This document shows positions 13,839 through 27,560 of a DNA stretch of 64,000 nt, in pieces. The notes beneath the pieces were generated by a model that did not search any database, had not been told where the DNA came from, and saw only the letters and a program-made list of their open reading frames with translations. Every line of letters begins with the position of its first letter. The first letter of the stretch is position 1. Source of the stretch: Saccostrea cucullata (Eukaryota); NCBI RefSeq assembly GCF_032062105.1, contig NW_026933720.1, positions 124,001 through 188,000 on the forward strand. The letters run 5' to 3'. The position numbers and the translations under genes were made by a program.

Positions 13839-15730
13839 ACTTTCGCATACTAACATTGTGCGTAAGAAGTGTTGCTTGTCTCATTGTTGTTTACTTTGGT
13901 TACTGTAGTAGTATATTTGTAATATATGGCTAACAACACATTTCTGTAAAATATGTGCTTTAGTGCCCATAAAGAATTAAAAAAATTAAATAGTATTTTA
14001 CAAAATATGGGAAACTTAGTTTTAGAAATTGTAATTTAATAAAATGTGGAGCACGTAGTTCAATTAGAATAGGTCGGTATATATGGTTGTCTATTTCTTT
14101 TTGCGAGTCATACATGATATTATAAGGTATAGCAGAATTGTTTTATAACTTTTTACTATGTATTATTTATTTATTTATTGTTGTTATTTATTTATCTAAA
14201 ATATGTGGTTGAATTATATTCGACAATTGCAATATTTCGATTTTTGAAGTGTAATTTTAAATCATTAAATGACATATGTTAATATAATAATCTCTGCAAG
14301 ATATGCATGGAGACTTAAGACAATTATTAATGAGTACATTATAAAATGTCATTTTAATATTATTGAATAAATTTCTATGAATTCCTCTATAGAATATTCG
14401 TGTTCTTTGTTTTCGTCTCCAGATACAAGAAAGATCCCTCTTGCCTCCAATATTTCTCCGAAGCTCTAAACATGCTAAAGTTTGACTTAAAATTAGACCT
14501 TTTCCTCTATGGTTATCCTCAGTGTCCCCACCTATAAAATACAAGTTTAATTCGTTTTCCGTCACTTTCATGTTAATTATCAATTTTATCTATTTGTATA
14601 AATTCTATTTGTACCTGTACAATTTTTTGCTACCATGCAGTTGTGTTCACTTTAGTTTTGATGGAGAAACTCCGATATCTTTAACAGCTGGCTTTCTTTA
14701 TGCCTTCACGGTCAGTTTGTTGTTTTCTCTTCGTTATTTTATTTTGTTCAATGTTGTGTATTTCTTCAATTTTCATTCTTTCATCCCTTATTTCTTTTTT
14801 GAAAAATGAATATTTTTAGGAGGTTTTGTCGTTTTTCGTTTAAAGAGATCATTTCCTAAGTTCTAGGGTCGGTGCATTGACCTTGTCAGCAAATACACTC
14901 TATCAGTAAGTCAAATGCTAATGTTTTTCACACAAATTGTTTGGCCATTATTTATACTGCATTCTCGACGGATTTTTTGGTATTTCACTCCGATCTAGAC
15001 AAGGGGCACACAGCGGATGTGACTGGTCGGCAGGGAATGCTCACTCCTCTATGAAACCTAATCCCACCTCTGATGTTTCAGGGGTCCGTGATTGCTCTGT
15101 TCTTGAATTAATTAAATGATAAGACTTTTGAGCTTCATACCGTTCTTTCCATATATTGCTTTTTCCTTAAAACTTCAAAGTAAAAATTTCCCGTCCTTTT
15201 CATACGTTTGTTCTGGAAGCAATTTAGATTTTTTAAACTGTATTTTTCTGGGGTACTTTGTTAAACCCCCTTTCACTATTAAAGAACATCTCTCGTCTTG
15301 TAAAACACAATCTCGCTTTTTTGAATTCCTTCAACTTTAAGTTGTGTAGTTTAAAGAATAATTTTTTTTGCGAAGTTTTTCCATTCATGTTATGTGTATC
15401 TTTTTCCATCATAAGAAACTGTAAATCAACAAATCTTTGCAATTGTCTTACAAGTTTCTCATTAATGTTTCATTTGCTACATGTAAAAAAAAATAACATC
15501 TTTGATTCTTAAAAGATGGAGCAAATTATGATTCTGAAGTTCTAATTCTGATTTACATTAAAGACAAAGCATATACATAGTTCATCCTGATATCTATTTA
15601 AAATTGTACATTTGTTGCATTATTTGTAATTTACGTTCAATAAATGGGTCTTGTATTGGAAATTTCAAATTTATATATTGTTTGTTTTTGTTTTCGATGT
15701 TAATCTGAATGCCTGAAAAGGCCTTTTTAA

Positions 15731-15965
15731 AATCCTTTCAGTATGATCTCTGCATGGTATATATAATATCCCTTAAGCTTTAGAGTAGTTCTTAATTCGT
15801 CCTCCAGCCTTCAATCCTTTCAGTATGATCTCTGTATGGTATATATATAATATCCCTTAAACTTTAGAGTAATTCTCAGTTCGTCCCTCCAGCCTTCAAT
15901 CCTTTAAGTATGATCTCTGCATGGTATATAATATCCCTTTAGAGTAATTCTCAACTCGTCCTTCG
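15731..15965. repeat. Minisatellite, 3 copies of ~80 bp
   Basis: aatcctttcagtatgatctctgcatggtatatataatatccctt..tagagta..tcgtcc repeated at ~15731, ~15812 and ~15898. Confidence 0.85.
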
Positions 15966-18112
15966 ATCCCTCGAACTCCAACTGATTAAAACGAAACATG
16001 CAATTCCAATCCATTCTTTTTTAAATTTAATTACGCGTGGAAACTTACTTTTAAAATTCTTTTTAATGGAGAATTTAGAAACAATATTTAAAGGGATCTA
16101 CTAATTTTTTCTAAACAAAAAGTTATCATTTTTTAAAATTTGATATATTACACGAAACTCAAAATAGATACACCATCGTGTGTGACACATACATCCATTT
16201 CATAATTGGTCATTTTATTTGAGATAGACAGTTATCACAAACTAGCAACAGACTTTATGATAACATAACTTCGATTTTCTCATCGTTGACTCTCAATTTT
16301 CATGTTACAGCTAGCTAGTACGCATGTACCATTGTCAGCTGTTTATCTCTCCTAGATGATTCGATGCACGGGAGCATGTACATGTACTAGTAGTCTGTAA
16401 GTAGTCTAGTGCTAGTATTTTTTAAATTATGAGATGTTTGCTTATTTTACCTTCGATGTACAGTACATAACTGCAATATGATTTTAAATCCTTCAGAATG
16501 CAAACATATGTTTTTACGGTTCCCGTATTTCTTTTAAATAAACTTCCATTTTATTTTTGAATAAATATATATTTATAAAAGAAATTAAATAATATATATA
16601 AAATATATAAAAGAGGCCTGAATTAAATGGCCGCCATATTGGAAGCAATTTGTCTTACCAAGTTTAAGAAAATATAGCAGAAATATTTGGTGGAAAATCT
16701 TTATCAAATAATTTTTTTTTAAATACAAAAATTTATATACTTCAGAAAAATAATGATTTCTAATTCAAAATAGCAAATATAAAAATTTTAAATTGGTTGA
16801 ACAATGAAGGAATATGAGCATTTGGACCTCCAGTATGGCGGCCAACGGGAAGTAACTCTTGGTCAATCGAAAACTATCTATTTCATGTAATCCATTATTC
16901 CCGGATGTTTAGACTGATTTTTAGTTCCCTAATTTATTCAGTTGTTAAATGTTAATTATTTGTCAAGAACATACCCATGCAGTGTTTTGGGCTTTGGTGA
17001 AATCTATAAAAAGTCTCAAGTCAAACTAAGAAGTTCATCCGTGTGATTTAAATTTTTGCAGTTACTGCGCTCCATACATTTTAATCCCACAAACTGAACT
17101 CTCGACTTTGTTTATTATCGTGTAATATAAAGGTACCCAGGGGTAGATATGATTGTTCGGATCTTTAGATATCTGTCTGATTGCTCAATGTAAGTACAAT
17201 ATCTATATCATGCATTTATCAGGCTAAAACAGTTTCAGACACATTACCAGCACTACATTTCAGTGATTTCTTACCAATGATACAGCGATTATATGTCCAA
17301 AACAAGGTAGATTTGTAACTAGATTGCGAAGATTTTAAAAGAGTAAAATATCTTCTAAACCAGCTGCCATTACAATTATAGCAGACACTTTTGGAAAATT
17401 CGCCAAGTAGGGAATCTCCCATTTGTAATCATTGTGAATGTATTTTTGCCCAAATTTGATCTTTAACAGTTTCTGACTACACGTGGTTTTCACGTTGAAA
17501 GGGGTATATTTTTAAATGCCAAGAATGTCGACTAGTCTGTTTTATTATTTAATTTTTGTATTTATATTATAACAGACAAATACTCCACTTACACTACGAA
17601 AAAGAAGGCTAGGGCTCTTGTAATATCTATACGGTACCACATTTTTGCCATTATCCCTTAATAGAAAAAAGGAGCACCTGCGTTACTCTTGGAGCAGATA
17701 TAGGAATTGAAGATTAAATGGGGATTTTTTCAATTAAATATAACATTTTATTTTTCCCCCAGTTTATAGTTTTTTGATATTAAAAGAATATTTCATATAA
17801 CTTATTTTCCCTTTTGATTTTATCCTCAAGATGAATTATTTGGTCCAGTTGGCCTTGTCGACGTCATCTTGAAATTTCAACAAAAAATAATTTGAAGGTA
17901 TGTATCGTTACAGTAATTATGTCACACACAAAACTTGCCTTCTGTGTATAATACTGTAATATGTATTTCCAAATCTGTTTTAAATCACTACATGTGATAA
18001 ACGTACCTAAAGTGTATAAAAATATGCATTTAAAATAAATCAAAATAGTAATTTTGTAAGATTGATTATTACGTACTGCAGCAGAAGTTCACGTAATTTT
18101 GTTTAATGTTAA

Positions 18113-19031
18113 GGTAAGTCACTCCTGAAATTTGTTAAATCAAGGATTTTTTGAGAAGTATATTTTGGATAAGTACTCATAAAGTGTAACTCAAACTTGC
18201 AAAGAAAATAGGGGGTCAGTATGCATCCTACTGATCTACGGTACATTTAAGTTGACCTTTTTGCACTTAAATTTCATCTCTTTGGTTAATTACTTTAACC
18301 CTTATTATATTTGATCAGATGTAAGCATGGCAATAAATATAATGTTATTTTACGTAAAATAGTTTGAATAATATTTATCCTTAAACAAATCTTGCAAATT
18401 AATGCGCGTAAATTATTGTGTGACCATTTTGCACTAAAAAATAACATATTTGGGGTATTAAAAAACTTAATAGGCAATAAAAAAATTTCTTATATCAAAC
18501 TTTTTACGACTTAAGTGCTGATCAGTCACAAGTATCGAGTAGTTTAAAATAATGAAAGAAAAAGGTGATGTTAATTTTGAAATATTTGTCAAAATATGTG
18601 ATTTTCAGGCAAAAAATGGTGTAAATTTGATCTTGACTTCTTTAATATATTTTCATTTTTTGGAAAAGTTTGTTGAGGGAAGGTGTAAAACTTAGTTTAA
18701 AAATATAAATTAAGACCTATATTAAATATATTTAGCAATATCAAAACGGAAAATATTCTCCCAGTAAAAGTATGTGAGGCTAAATTTCCATTACATTAAA
18801 TTTTATAAATATGCAGATTTGCAGAATTTTCTGCTAGATATCCTTCCACCAAAAGAAATAGTCCCTCATAAATCTTGCTTCTTTGTAGATTTTTGAGCAG
18901 TTTTTTCATTGAATGTTAAAAAAATTTACATTGTTGAATTTAAATATGTTATAAAAATTGAATTTTAATAAGTTGTGTTGAAGTAAAAGCTTCTGCGTGA
19001 ACTTTTCTAAAAAGCTGACGAGTGACTTACC
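18113..19031. mobile_element. Kolobok-type non-autonomous DNA transposon just upstream of the FMO start (probable first intron)
   Basis: TIR GGTAAGTCACTC / GAGTGACTTACC flanked by TTAA on both sides; RR..YY termini with a TTAA TSD are typical of Kolobok. Confidence 0.7.
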
Positions 19032-19135
19032 TTAAGTGCACTATCCGCAAAAAACCCACTGTGCATTCAATAACATAATTTGCTTACAGTCAATAAATTT
19101 TAGTTTTTCATATATTATTTGAACATTTCTTTTAG

Positions 19136-22100
19136 ATGACCACTGCTAAGCGTGTAGCAGTGATTGGGGCGGGAGCTAGTGGACTGACCGCCATTAAATG
19201 TTGTCTGGACGAGGGAATCACCCCTGTTTGTTTTGAGAGGTCAGACTACATAGGTAACCAGATTTACCACTTGGACTGTTGACAAACTGTACTTTTATAT
19301 CTGTATTTTTTTTATTTTCTATCGTCAACTTCCGTTATCTATGTAGCAATATGTAGTAGTATACCCTTATACCTACCTGCAAACAGTTTCTACTTAGAGA
19401 TAAGCAAATTAAACAGTGACATCCACAGTCTCGTTTAAAGTCAAAATTTGACTTTGTGGTCGATATAATGAACTAGTTAGCAAATAAACAAAGTCAAATG
19501 TTGACGAACATTATGTAAACTAATTATTATGGTGTCTGACGATTTTTCACTTAATCCTGTCATGATGACAAGATGCAAACGGCGTTTGTGACTGGCTAAT
19601 ATGGGATGCCTATTCCTCCATGACATCTGATTCCACCTCTGGTGTTTTAGATATCCATGTTTCCTCTGCTCCTAATTCGTTTGGTTCTGATAGACGTTTT
19701 AGCATGGCTATTGTTCGTTTTCTTCATATTTCATAATGAAAGCAAAGTGTTGAATTTTAATGCTCCCTATACGTTGCAGTACTGTAATATCCATTTACTG
19801 CCCCCTTTTATAGGAGGTCTTTGGCACTACACCGATGAGTCACGTGACGGCCAGGCCTGCGTGATGAAGTCCACCGTCATTAACACCAGTAAGGAGATGA
19901 TGTGTTTCAGTGACTTCCCTATTCCCAAGGAGTACCCCATCTTTATGCACAACAAATATGTCCTCAAGTACTTCCACCTGTATGCGGAGAAGTTCGACCT
20001 CACTAAGCACATTAACTTTCAGACAGAGGTAATGAACTTTAACAAAACATAGAGTGTTTTGGAAATAAAGAGGTCTTCTTTTTTGTTTAGATACTCAACT
20101 TGTATGAATAAGAGATAATCTCGCATACCTGCAAATGACATATATATAGTTTCTCAGAAAGGTGTGCTGAGATAAAATCTTGTCCTTCCCCGTAAGTATT
20201 TTGAGGCGAATCCTCTCCATATTTTTAGGTCCTAAGTATCAAGAAACACAACGATTTTAAAAACAATGGATGTTGGGATATCAAAACACGTGATCTAAAA
20301 ACCAATCAAATTAAAGAACAAACGTTTGATGGTGTGTTAGTCTGTACTGGACATCACGCAGAAAAAAATATTCCTACATTTCCAGGTGAGACATTAGACT
20401 GTACATCGAAATTCAAGTCTTTACGTGTATCTTAAGTGAATTTCATTGAACGAAACTCAAACTCTTTATATTCTTAAGGCCTGGATAAGTTCAAGGGAGA
20501 GATAATTCACTCACATGACTACAAAACTCTGAAGGGATACGAGGATAAGCGGATAGTTATTATTGGCATAGGAAATTCGGGAGGAGACGCCGCGGTGGAA
20601 CTCAGTCGTGTAGCTAACCAGGTTCTTAATTCTGTCTTCATCACTATTTAAAGTATTTTTGTTTACTTTTTAAACCATACGTCCAGTTAAACAATAAGCT
20701 TTTCTCTTGTGTAGGTTTTCTTGAGTACACGGCAAGGTTCCTGGGTCATAAATAGAGTAGATAGCTTTGGATATCCAGTGGATATGATGAGGACAACGCA
20801 ATTCAATTTTTGGTAAAACATTTCTTAAAAAAGTAAATGATCTTTACGTCATACCTATTTTCCATGTTATATTCAAAATTAATACCTTAATGCCTTCGTA
20901 AACAGGATGATGCGGAAGATTGTGCCCGCTTCTGTTACTCAATGGATCACCGAAACAAAACTGAACATGAGATTTGATCACGCGCTTTACAGCCTTAAAC
21001 CAAACTTCCCGCCGTTATCCCAGCATCCAACAGTCAACGATGACCTTCCCAATAGAATCATCAGCGGCAACGTCATCGTCAAACCCAACATTAAGTGCTT
21101 TACTGAAACTGGTGTGGAGTTTGAGGATGGTACAAAAGAGGAGAACATTGACGTCGTGTTTTTGGCTACAGGGTATATCTTTGGGTTTCCGTTTTTGGAC
21201 AAGTCTGTACTGGAAGTAAAGGAAAACCGAGTTAATTTGTATAAATGGATGTTCCCACCTGATCTGGAACACAACACATTGGCGGTGATAGGTTGTATAC
21301 AGCCCTTAGGAGCTATCATGCCGCTCTCCGAACAACAATGCCGACTCTACACAAGGGTTTTAAAAGTATGACGTTTCCTTTCAAAGTAGCAGTTAAGACA
21401 ATTTCAAAAGTAGTTTGGAAGTAAAAGAGCACAGATGTGTTCATTTGATTGAAAAATAATGAGCTATAGGTCGTTTCACAATTTCATTACAAACTTTGCA
21501 CATTTGTTTATTTTTTCCTATAAAATAATCCTGTTTTTTTCTTCAGGGTGAAGTGAAGTTACCGCCCTCAAATGAAATGTGGCAAGACATAAAAGATAAA
21601 GTGACAGCGATGGCCAAACGTTACGTTAAGAGCACCCGTCACACGATACAAGTGGACTACGTGGTGTATCTGAACGAGTTAGCTGCCTTGACTGGCAACT
21701 GTCCTGATCTCGGTACGTATTCATTTTCTATGCTCAGTCTCTGTTGTCGTGATCTTATGTAGTCTCTGTAAATATATTGATTTATACAAGGCATCAGTTT
21801 AAATGTCTAGTCTACTTTTAAAAAAATTAGTATCAAAACTTTGGTAAAAAATATTGCAATAATAATATAATGAATAGGAAAAAATGGGTAAATGAATATT
21901 TTTCTCCATTAATGACCAATATTTGTTTATTTTAGTAAAACTGTTTTTCAAAGACCCTCGTCTAGCCATGGCTTGTTTCTTTGGCCCCTGTACACCGTAT
22001 CAGTACCGACTGGTGGGCCCCGGAAAGTGGACAGGTGCCCGGGAGAGCATTCTGACTCAGTGGAACCGGACCTTTTACCCACTGAAAACGCGACCCATGA

Positions 22101-22198
22101 AAAACCCTCCCCGGGAATCCCAGATCACCTTCTTCTTCTTCTTTCTGCTCATTGTTGGGTTGTTTACTTTAACTATTCACTTACTCTTTATGAGATGA
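19136..22198 (+). CDS. FMO: Flavin-containing monooxygenase (FMO5-like, dimethylaniline monooxygenase family), 539 aa. Exons 19136-19253, 19814-20028, 20229-20385, 20479-20621, 20715-20812, 20906-21365, 21547-21712, 21936-22198
   Basis: Spliced length 1620 nt, open. FAD motif [17 protein letters not shown] signature [17 protein letters not shown] motif [21 protein letters not shown] and a C-terminal hydrophobic anchor. An acceptor AG directly before the ATG implies a non-coding first exon (candidate donor at 17897/17898). Confidence 0.95.
19310..19645 (+). mobile_element. Penelope-like 3' fragment in FMO intron
   Basis: Decayed [12 protein letters not shown] / cagtctcgtttaaagtca segment, then the ggcgtttgtgac..tcctccatgacatctgattccacctctg motif. 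Confidence 0.5.
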
Positions 22199-23129
22199 AT
22201 AAATATTAGATTGTGAAACTACTGACAGCTATTGTAGGTGCTCACATGATTGTGTTCTCTGGATATAGCCGAAAAGTCTAAGTGATACGACACTTCTGAA
22301 AAAAAAATTTAATCAAACCAGACATCAAGAAACCAAAACTTTACTGAACAACTTGGAATGGGAAGTGAAAATACATTTTTCCTGTTTTGGATGACATTGT
22401 ACTTATGCTGTTGTATCAATAGAATTTTGGATGAATAGATATTTTATACAACATAAAAGCGTAAATTTGATTATATTCTGATTCTTTTTCATGATATTCA
22501 TGTTGTTTCAGGATATTAAAAAACTGTGATATTTATATATATATATATATATTAATGGACTAGTAAATATTTAATTCAAAATATATTATATTCTTGAATT
22601 ATGTGTTGTTGTTTTCGAAATGAAAGTGAAATTAGAAATTAGAAATAAGCTGTCAAGGCAATCTTGAGAAGTGTAAAACTGTGTATAGAATACATGTAAA
22701 AGTCGTTCAATTTCTTGATTAAAAAATACTTTAATTTAGTGAATAATTTTTAAAGCTAATGTTAAATAATATTATTAAATAAAGATTTGAAATGTTTGTT
22801 CCATTTAAAAAAAAATAAATTCACATATGAAATTTACTTGCGGGAAGAAGATTCTTAATTGCAACACAACTACATACGAATTAAGTACTGCAAATGACCC
22901 AATCTATTAAAACAGTTTACATGTATTAAATATAAAAAAAATAATCAGATTCATTTATATATATTGCTTTTTTATACCCCTACATACGATAAGGAGAAGG
23001 CAAGAGAGCATATTAAATCTTACTTGAACATTTCAATGTATGATAAGGCCTTGTTTTCAAAACCAAAAAAAAAAATCACAGAAATGCTCGCTTTCTTAAA
23101 AGAAAAATGGGATTTTGTGTAGAAGTAAA

Positions 23130-23360
23130 TCTGCTAAATGTTGTGTGATGCGTCTAGTGTGTTGGTGTTGGTGTCTGTGTGCTTGTCACCTCTCGCTTTC
23201 AGCCCTCACTGTTGGCTAGCAACAAAGCGAAACGGGAAGCAATTTGTAAGTCTTCCTCTGCCAGTACATACCCTCTCCACAACAAGTCCTATGCGATGCC
23301 TCCACGTGGAAGCAGACGGATACTGGGCACCTTTCGGCCCCAGGCTAACTTCGCAAGGGC
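23130..23360 (+). ncRNA. HDV-like self-cleaving ribozyme at the 5' end of the RTE element
   Basis: P1 (x)tctgct 23129-23135 / agcagac 23311-23317; P2 gtcctatgcga 23286-23296 / tcgcaagggc 23351-23360; P3 gcc/gga around L3 tccacgt 23301-23307; P1.1 gg 23318-23319; P4 ctggg/cccag; J4/2 gCtaa with putative catalytic C at 23345. Confidence 0.8.
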
Positions 23361-26300
23361 GTGCGGGAAGATGAGGCTCGAAAGCCTTGGTCGGCAACTC
23401 ATCTAGGAGAGAAAACTCTGATTACAATCCGGATTTAGTAGGAGACCGTTAGCAACTACTATGTTGGCCCTCAGACATAAAATTGGGGGTTGGACTTAAG
23501 GCTAATCACCTCCTTCCATAAAAAACAATTGATTACGGAAACCGTTGCAACAATTAGTACCACTGAAAGAAAGGCAAGCGCGACATGCGAGATTCCGGAT
23601 GAGGATAATTACCTTCATTGGGAATTCGAGAGAATGACGGCAATCAGGAAAAGCCGAGAGGACCCTAGCGGCCTGACAGGAACGCAGATGCCATCCATAA
23701 CAACACCTAAAAACATCACTAAGATCGGATGTTGGAACGTAAGAACAATGTTCCAGATTGGAAAAACAGCGAACATCGTAAGAGAGTTTAACAGATATAA
23801 GTTTGACATAATGGGACTGAGCAAAGTCAGATGAACAAGCTTTGGTGAACTTAAGACAACCTCTGGAGAGACCATCTTGTACTCGGGAGCTGAAGAGCAT
23901 CATAGAGGAGTAGGACTTATACTTAGCAGGAAAAGCCGACAGAGCTTGAAGGAATGGAATTCTGTTAATGACAGAATCATCAGCGCACGCTTTTTCTCCC
24001 GCTTTGTTAAGCTAACAATGATACAATTATACTGCCCAACAAACGAGGCAGACGAAGCGGATAAAGACACCTTCTATGAACGGTTTCAAAGAGAGATCGC
24101 AAAAGTGCCAAAACATGACATACTGATGGTAATGGGTGATGCAAATACAAAAGTGGGAAAGTCAAATGAAGGATGGGAAAGAGTCATGGAACAAGAGGGC
24201 ATTGGGATTATGAATGAAAACGGCATGAGGTTAGCAGAAATGTGCGCTCTTAACAATTTAATCATCTGCGGAACCCTCTTTAAGCACCTCGACATACACA
24301 AGCTTACATGGGAGTCACCGATTGGAAGAGATATGAACCAAATTGACCATGTAATGGTGGACGGCAGGTACAAGAAGTCTATATGTGATGTAAGAGTTAT
24401 GCATGGTGCAGATGCCAATTCAGATCACCTTCTAGTATTGGCTAAAATAAAGATGAAGCTCAGCAGAAACTTAAAGCCGAAGGAAAGCAACAGGAAGATG
24501 TATGATGTCAACAAGATGAAAGATCCAAATATAAGCAAAGGATTCCAACTTGAACTAAGGAATAGGTTTCAACAACTGGTCGATGACGAAAGCACAATTA
24601 ATGAAAAATGGACTCTTGCAAAAGAAGCATATAATGAAACAGCGGAAAAGATCATGGGCCAGAAGAAAGGGAAGCACAAAGACTGGCTAACTGCAGAAAA
24701 TAGCAGAGCCATAGACGAAAGGAGAAAACTAAAGGAAGAAATAGGAAGATCAAATTCGGAAAGAATAAAGGAAATCAAGAGAGAAGAATATAAGACCAAA
24801 GACAAAGAAGTGAAAAGAAGAGCAAGAGCTGATAAAAGGGAAAATCTGGAAGATGTAGCTAATCAAGCAGAAAATGCAGCAAACACAAACCGTCTGAATG
24901 AAGTTTACCAACTGATCAAGCAGCTTTGTGGGAGAAAAAGAAACAGGACAAGTGGCATAAGGTCCAAGAATGGTGAACTTTTCATTAAGGATGGAAAAAT
25001 ATTGGAGAGAGGAAAAAGCATTTTGAAGAGGTCCTTAATGTCCCATCAGAAACAACAGATTTACCTGAAGGATGCACCATCCAAGAGAATGAAATTGCAG
25101 AAATTGACACAACACCAATTAGAGAAAAAGAGGTTAAAAAGGCAATCCAAAAAATGAAGAGGGGAAAGAGTCGGCATAGATAACATGAATGCGGAGCTAC
25201 TAAAGGAAAGCGTATCATATTCAACAAACTTATTCAACAGAATCATCAGTGAGCAAGAAATACCAAAAGACTGGAAGAGATCGCTCATTGTCAAAATACC
25301 CAAGAAAGATCTGACAAAATGTGACAATTATAGAGGAATATCACTACTATCAATGTCATCTAAAGTGTTTTGCAGAATAGTGATTGACAGAATTAGAGAT
25401 AGATTAGAGGACAGACTAAGACCAGAGCAAGCTGCATATAGAAGAGGAAGAGGAACATCAGAACAGATTTACATTCTAAGAAATATTTTAGGACAATCTA
25501 TAGAGTGACAAGCACCATTGTACATAAGTTTCATAGATTTAAAAAAAAAGCCTTTGACAGCATAATAAGAGAGTAACTGTGGGATATATTATGGCAGTAT
25601 GGAATTCCGGGCGTGTACGTGGATATCATTATACGATGGTAGTTCTAGTTGTTCATAGAGAATGGAAGAACAACAGACTGGTTCAAAGTACAGACAGGAG
25701 TGAGACAAGGTTGTGTTATGTCTGGGTTCCTGTTCATCATTGTGGTAGACTGGATAATGAGAAATACCAACAATAAGAAGAGAGTCATACGTTGGAAATT
25801 TATGTCCACTTTAGAAGACCTGGATTATGCAGACGACTTTGCACTTCTTTCCAGCAAACACAGCGACATGCAGGAGAAGACCAGGAGATTACATGCTGTC
25901 GCAGAATATACAGGCCTAAAAATTAACGTCGATAAAACAAAAAGCATGAGAATAAATATGAAGAGAAAGGATGCCATCAGGTTGAATGATAAAGAAGTAG
26001 AAGAGGAAGAGGTCGAAACATTTCTCTACCTGGGTGCCAGTGGAAAAGACCGGAGGAACCGAGGCAGATGTTGGGAGAAGGCTAGGCTTAGTCAGGACAG
26101 CCTTTGCATCCCTTGCCAAGGTATGGAAGTCAGCACAATACAGCACAAAGACCAAACTTAAGATCTTCAACACGAACGTTCTATCCGTGTTGCTGTATTG
26201 TGCTGAACTATGGAGAACAACAGAAAAAAACTTGATACATTCCACCGAAAATGCCTTAGAAGAATCCTTAAAATACACTGCCCTGAAAAGATAACTGACC

Positions 26301-26618
26301 AACAACTATATGAAAGAACAAGATCCATACCTCTATCAAGCACTATCAAAAGAAAAAGATGGAGATGGATAGGCCACATCCTGCGAAGGGAAGAGAACTC
26401 ACATGTTAGAACCGCTCTTACATGGGCCCCTGAGGAAAAGAGACGAAGAGGACGGCCGAAGAACACCTGACGACGCTCTGTTGAGAGAGAAAGGGAAGAA
26501 CTGGGCTGGAACAGTTGGAAGGAAGGGCAAGTTGTTGCCTGTGACCGCCGTAAGTGGTGTTCGTTGTTGAACGGCCTCATGCGTCCTCCGGGGACGGAGA
26601 GGATAAGTAAGTAAATAA
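23131..26618 (+). mobile_element. Full-length RTE-clade LINE (APE endonuclease + RT), ORF disrupted by stops and frameshifts
   Basis: IGCWNVRTM, GVGLIL, MGDAN, NQIDH, ANSDH (endonuclease); NYRGISLL, GVRQGC, LDYADD (RT); (TAAG)n-like tail; 14-bp TSD gtgtagaagtaaat at 23117-23130 and 26619-26632; empty site with one copy at 32546-32559. In-frame TGA at 23832-23834. Confidence 0.95.
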
Positions 26619-26959
26619 GTGTAGAAGTAAATGAAGTTAACCATTTTGAGTAGTATAATAAAAGGAGTCAATGGTAATATGGGCAAACAGATTAAAATGG
26701 GGAAGAGGAAATATAACCTTTCCTTCCTGAAGCATGGATTGCTTTAGTGTCCTCGCCCCCTTTAAACAACTCATTCATATACAGTCACCAAATGCAACCC
26801 AAATAAACGCATGAATACAAAGAAAGACGTCTTCATTAATTTTTCAGACCTAATGGAACTATAGGATCCTAGCTTTTATTAAAACTTGCAAAAGATCTCT
26901 GGAGAAACTATTCAAATAATCACTTCAAATTTGATGCTATTATTTAAAGAGGCTTTACT

Positions 26960-27560
26960 TATCTACCTATATATCCGTGACTGTAAATAAGGTTGTTGAT
27001 ATCCCTTTTTCAACAATTTGTTTGTCAATAGCTTGCCTCGTTTTAGAATTTGTTTGTAGATGAAGGATATTCTTAGGTATCAAATCAATTGGTAGATACA
27101 AACCCCATATGCAGCTTATAAGAATGTATTGAGAAATGTTTGCGATGGCTAGAAATGTTGATGTCATCACGTTTATCGTACAATTGCGCTGTTGGTCACC
27201 AATAATGTATTTTCTAGTTAAAAAAAGCCAATATGAAACCGATATTGACGAAACTGCTTACCTGGTATTTTTGTTAAGTTGACTGGAATACATGTATATC
27301 GAGTCGACATATAAATGGAAGTTATTGTTTTTTGATAATACGTCATCAGTATAATTAAATTTAGGGTTGAAGACCACAGCAAGTGTTTCTTCTTTTCATG
27401 CTTAAGATTTTAAAGAAATTTTACTTCATATGAAAAACAGAAATATGTTTACTAATGATGGGACCAGAGCAATTAGAAGCAATGAAAATTCCAACAGATT
27501 TTGGTAGGCTTTATCTCGTATTTCAGATATTTCAAGTAGAAACTCAAACATCTTTTAAAT
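26960..27560 (-). mobile_element. Penelope-like RT remnant (paralog at ~32880-33420)
   Basis: Minus-strand decayed KHLAVVFN, YTDD-like and AYGVCIYQLI readings, homologous to the YISQLIRYAR segment at 57850-58110. Confidence 0.6.

Noticed and set aside
14257-15512. Possible decayed Penelope N-terminal ORF on the minus strand
   Set aside because: Only faint motif resemblance (KGL); too degraded to support without a search.
20974-26686. Antisense and alternative-frame ORFs overlapping FMO exons and the RTE
   Set aside because: Shadow ORFs of genuine coding sequence.
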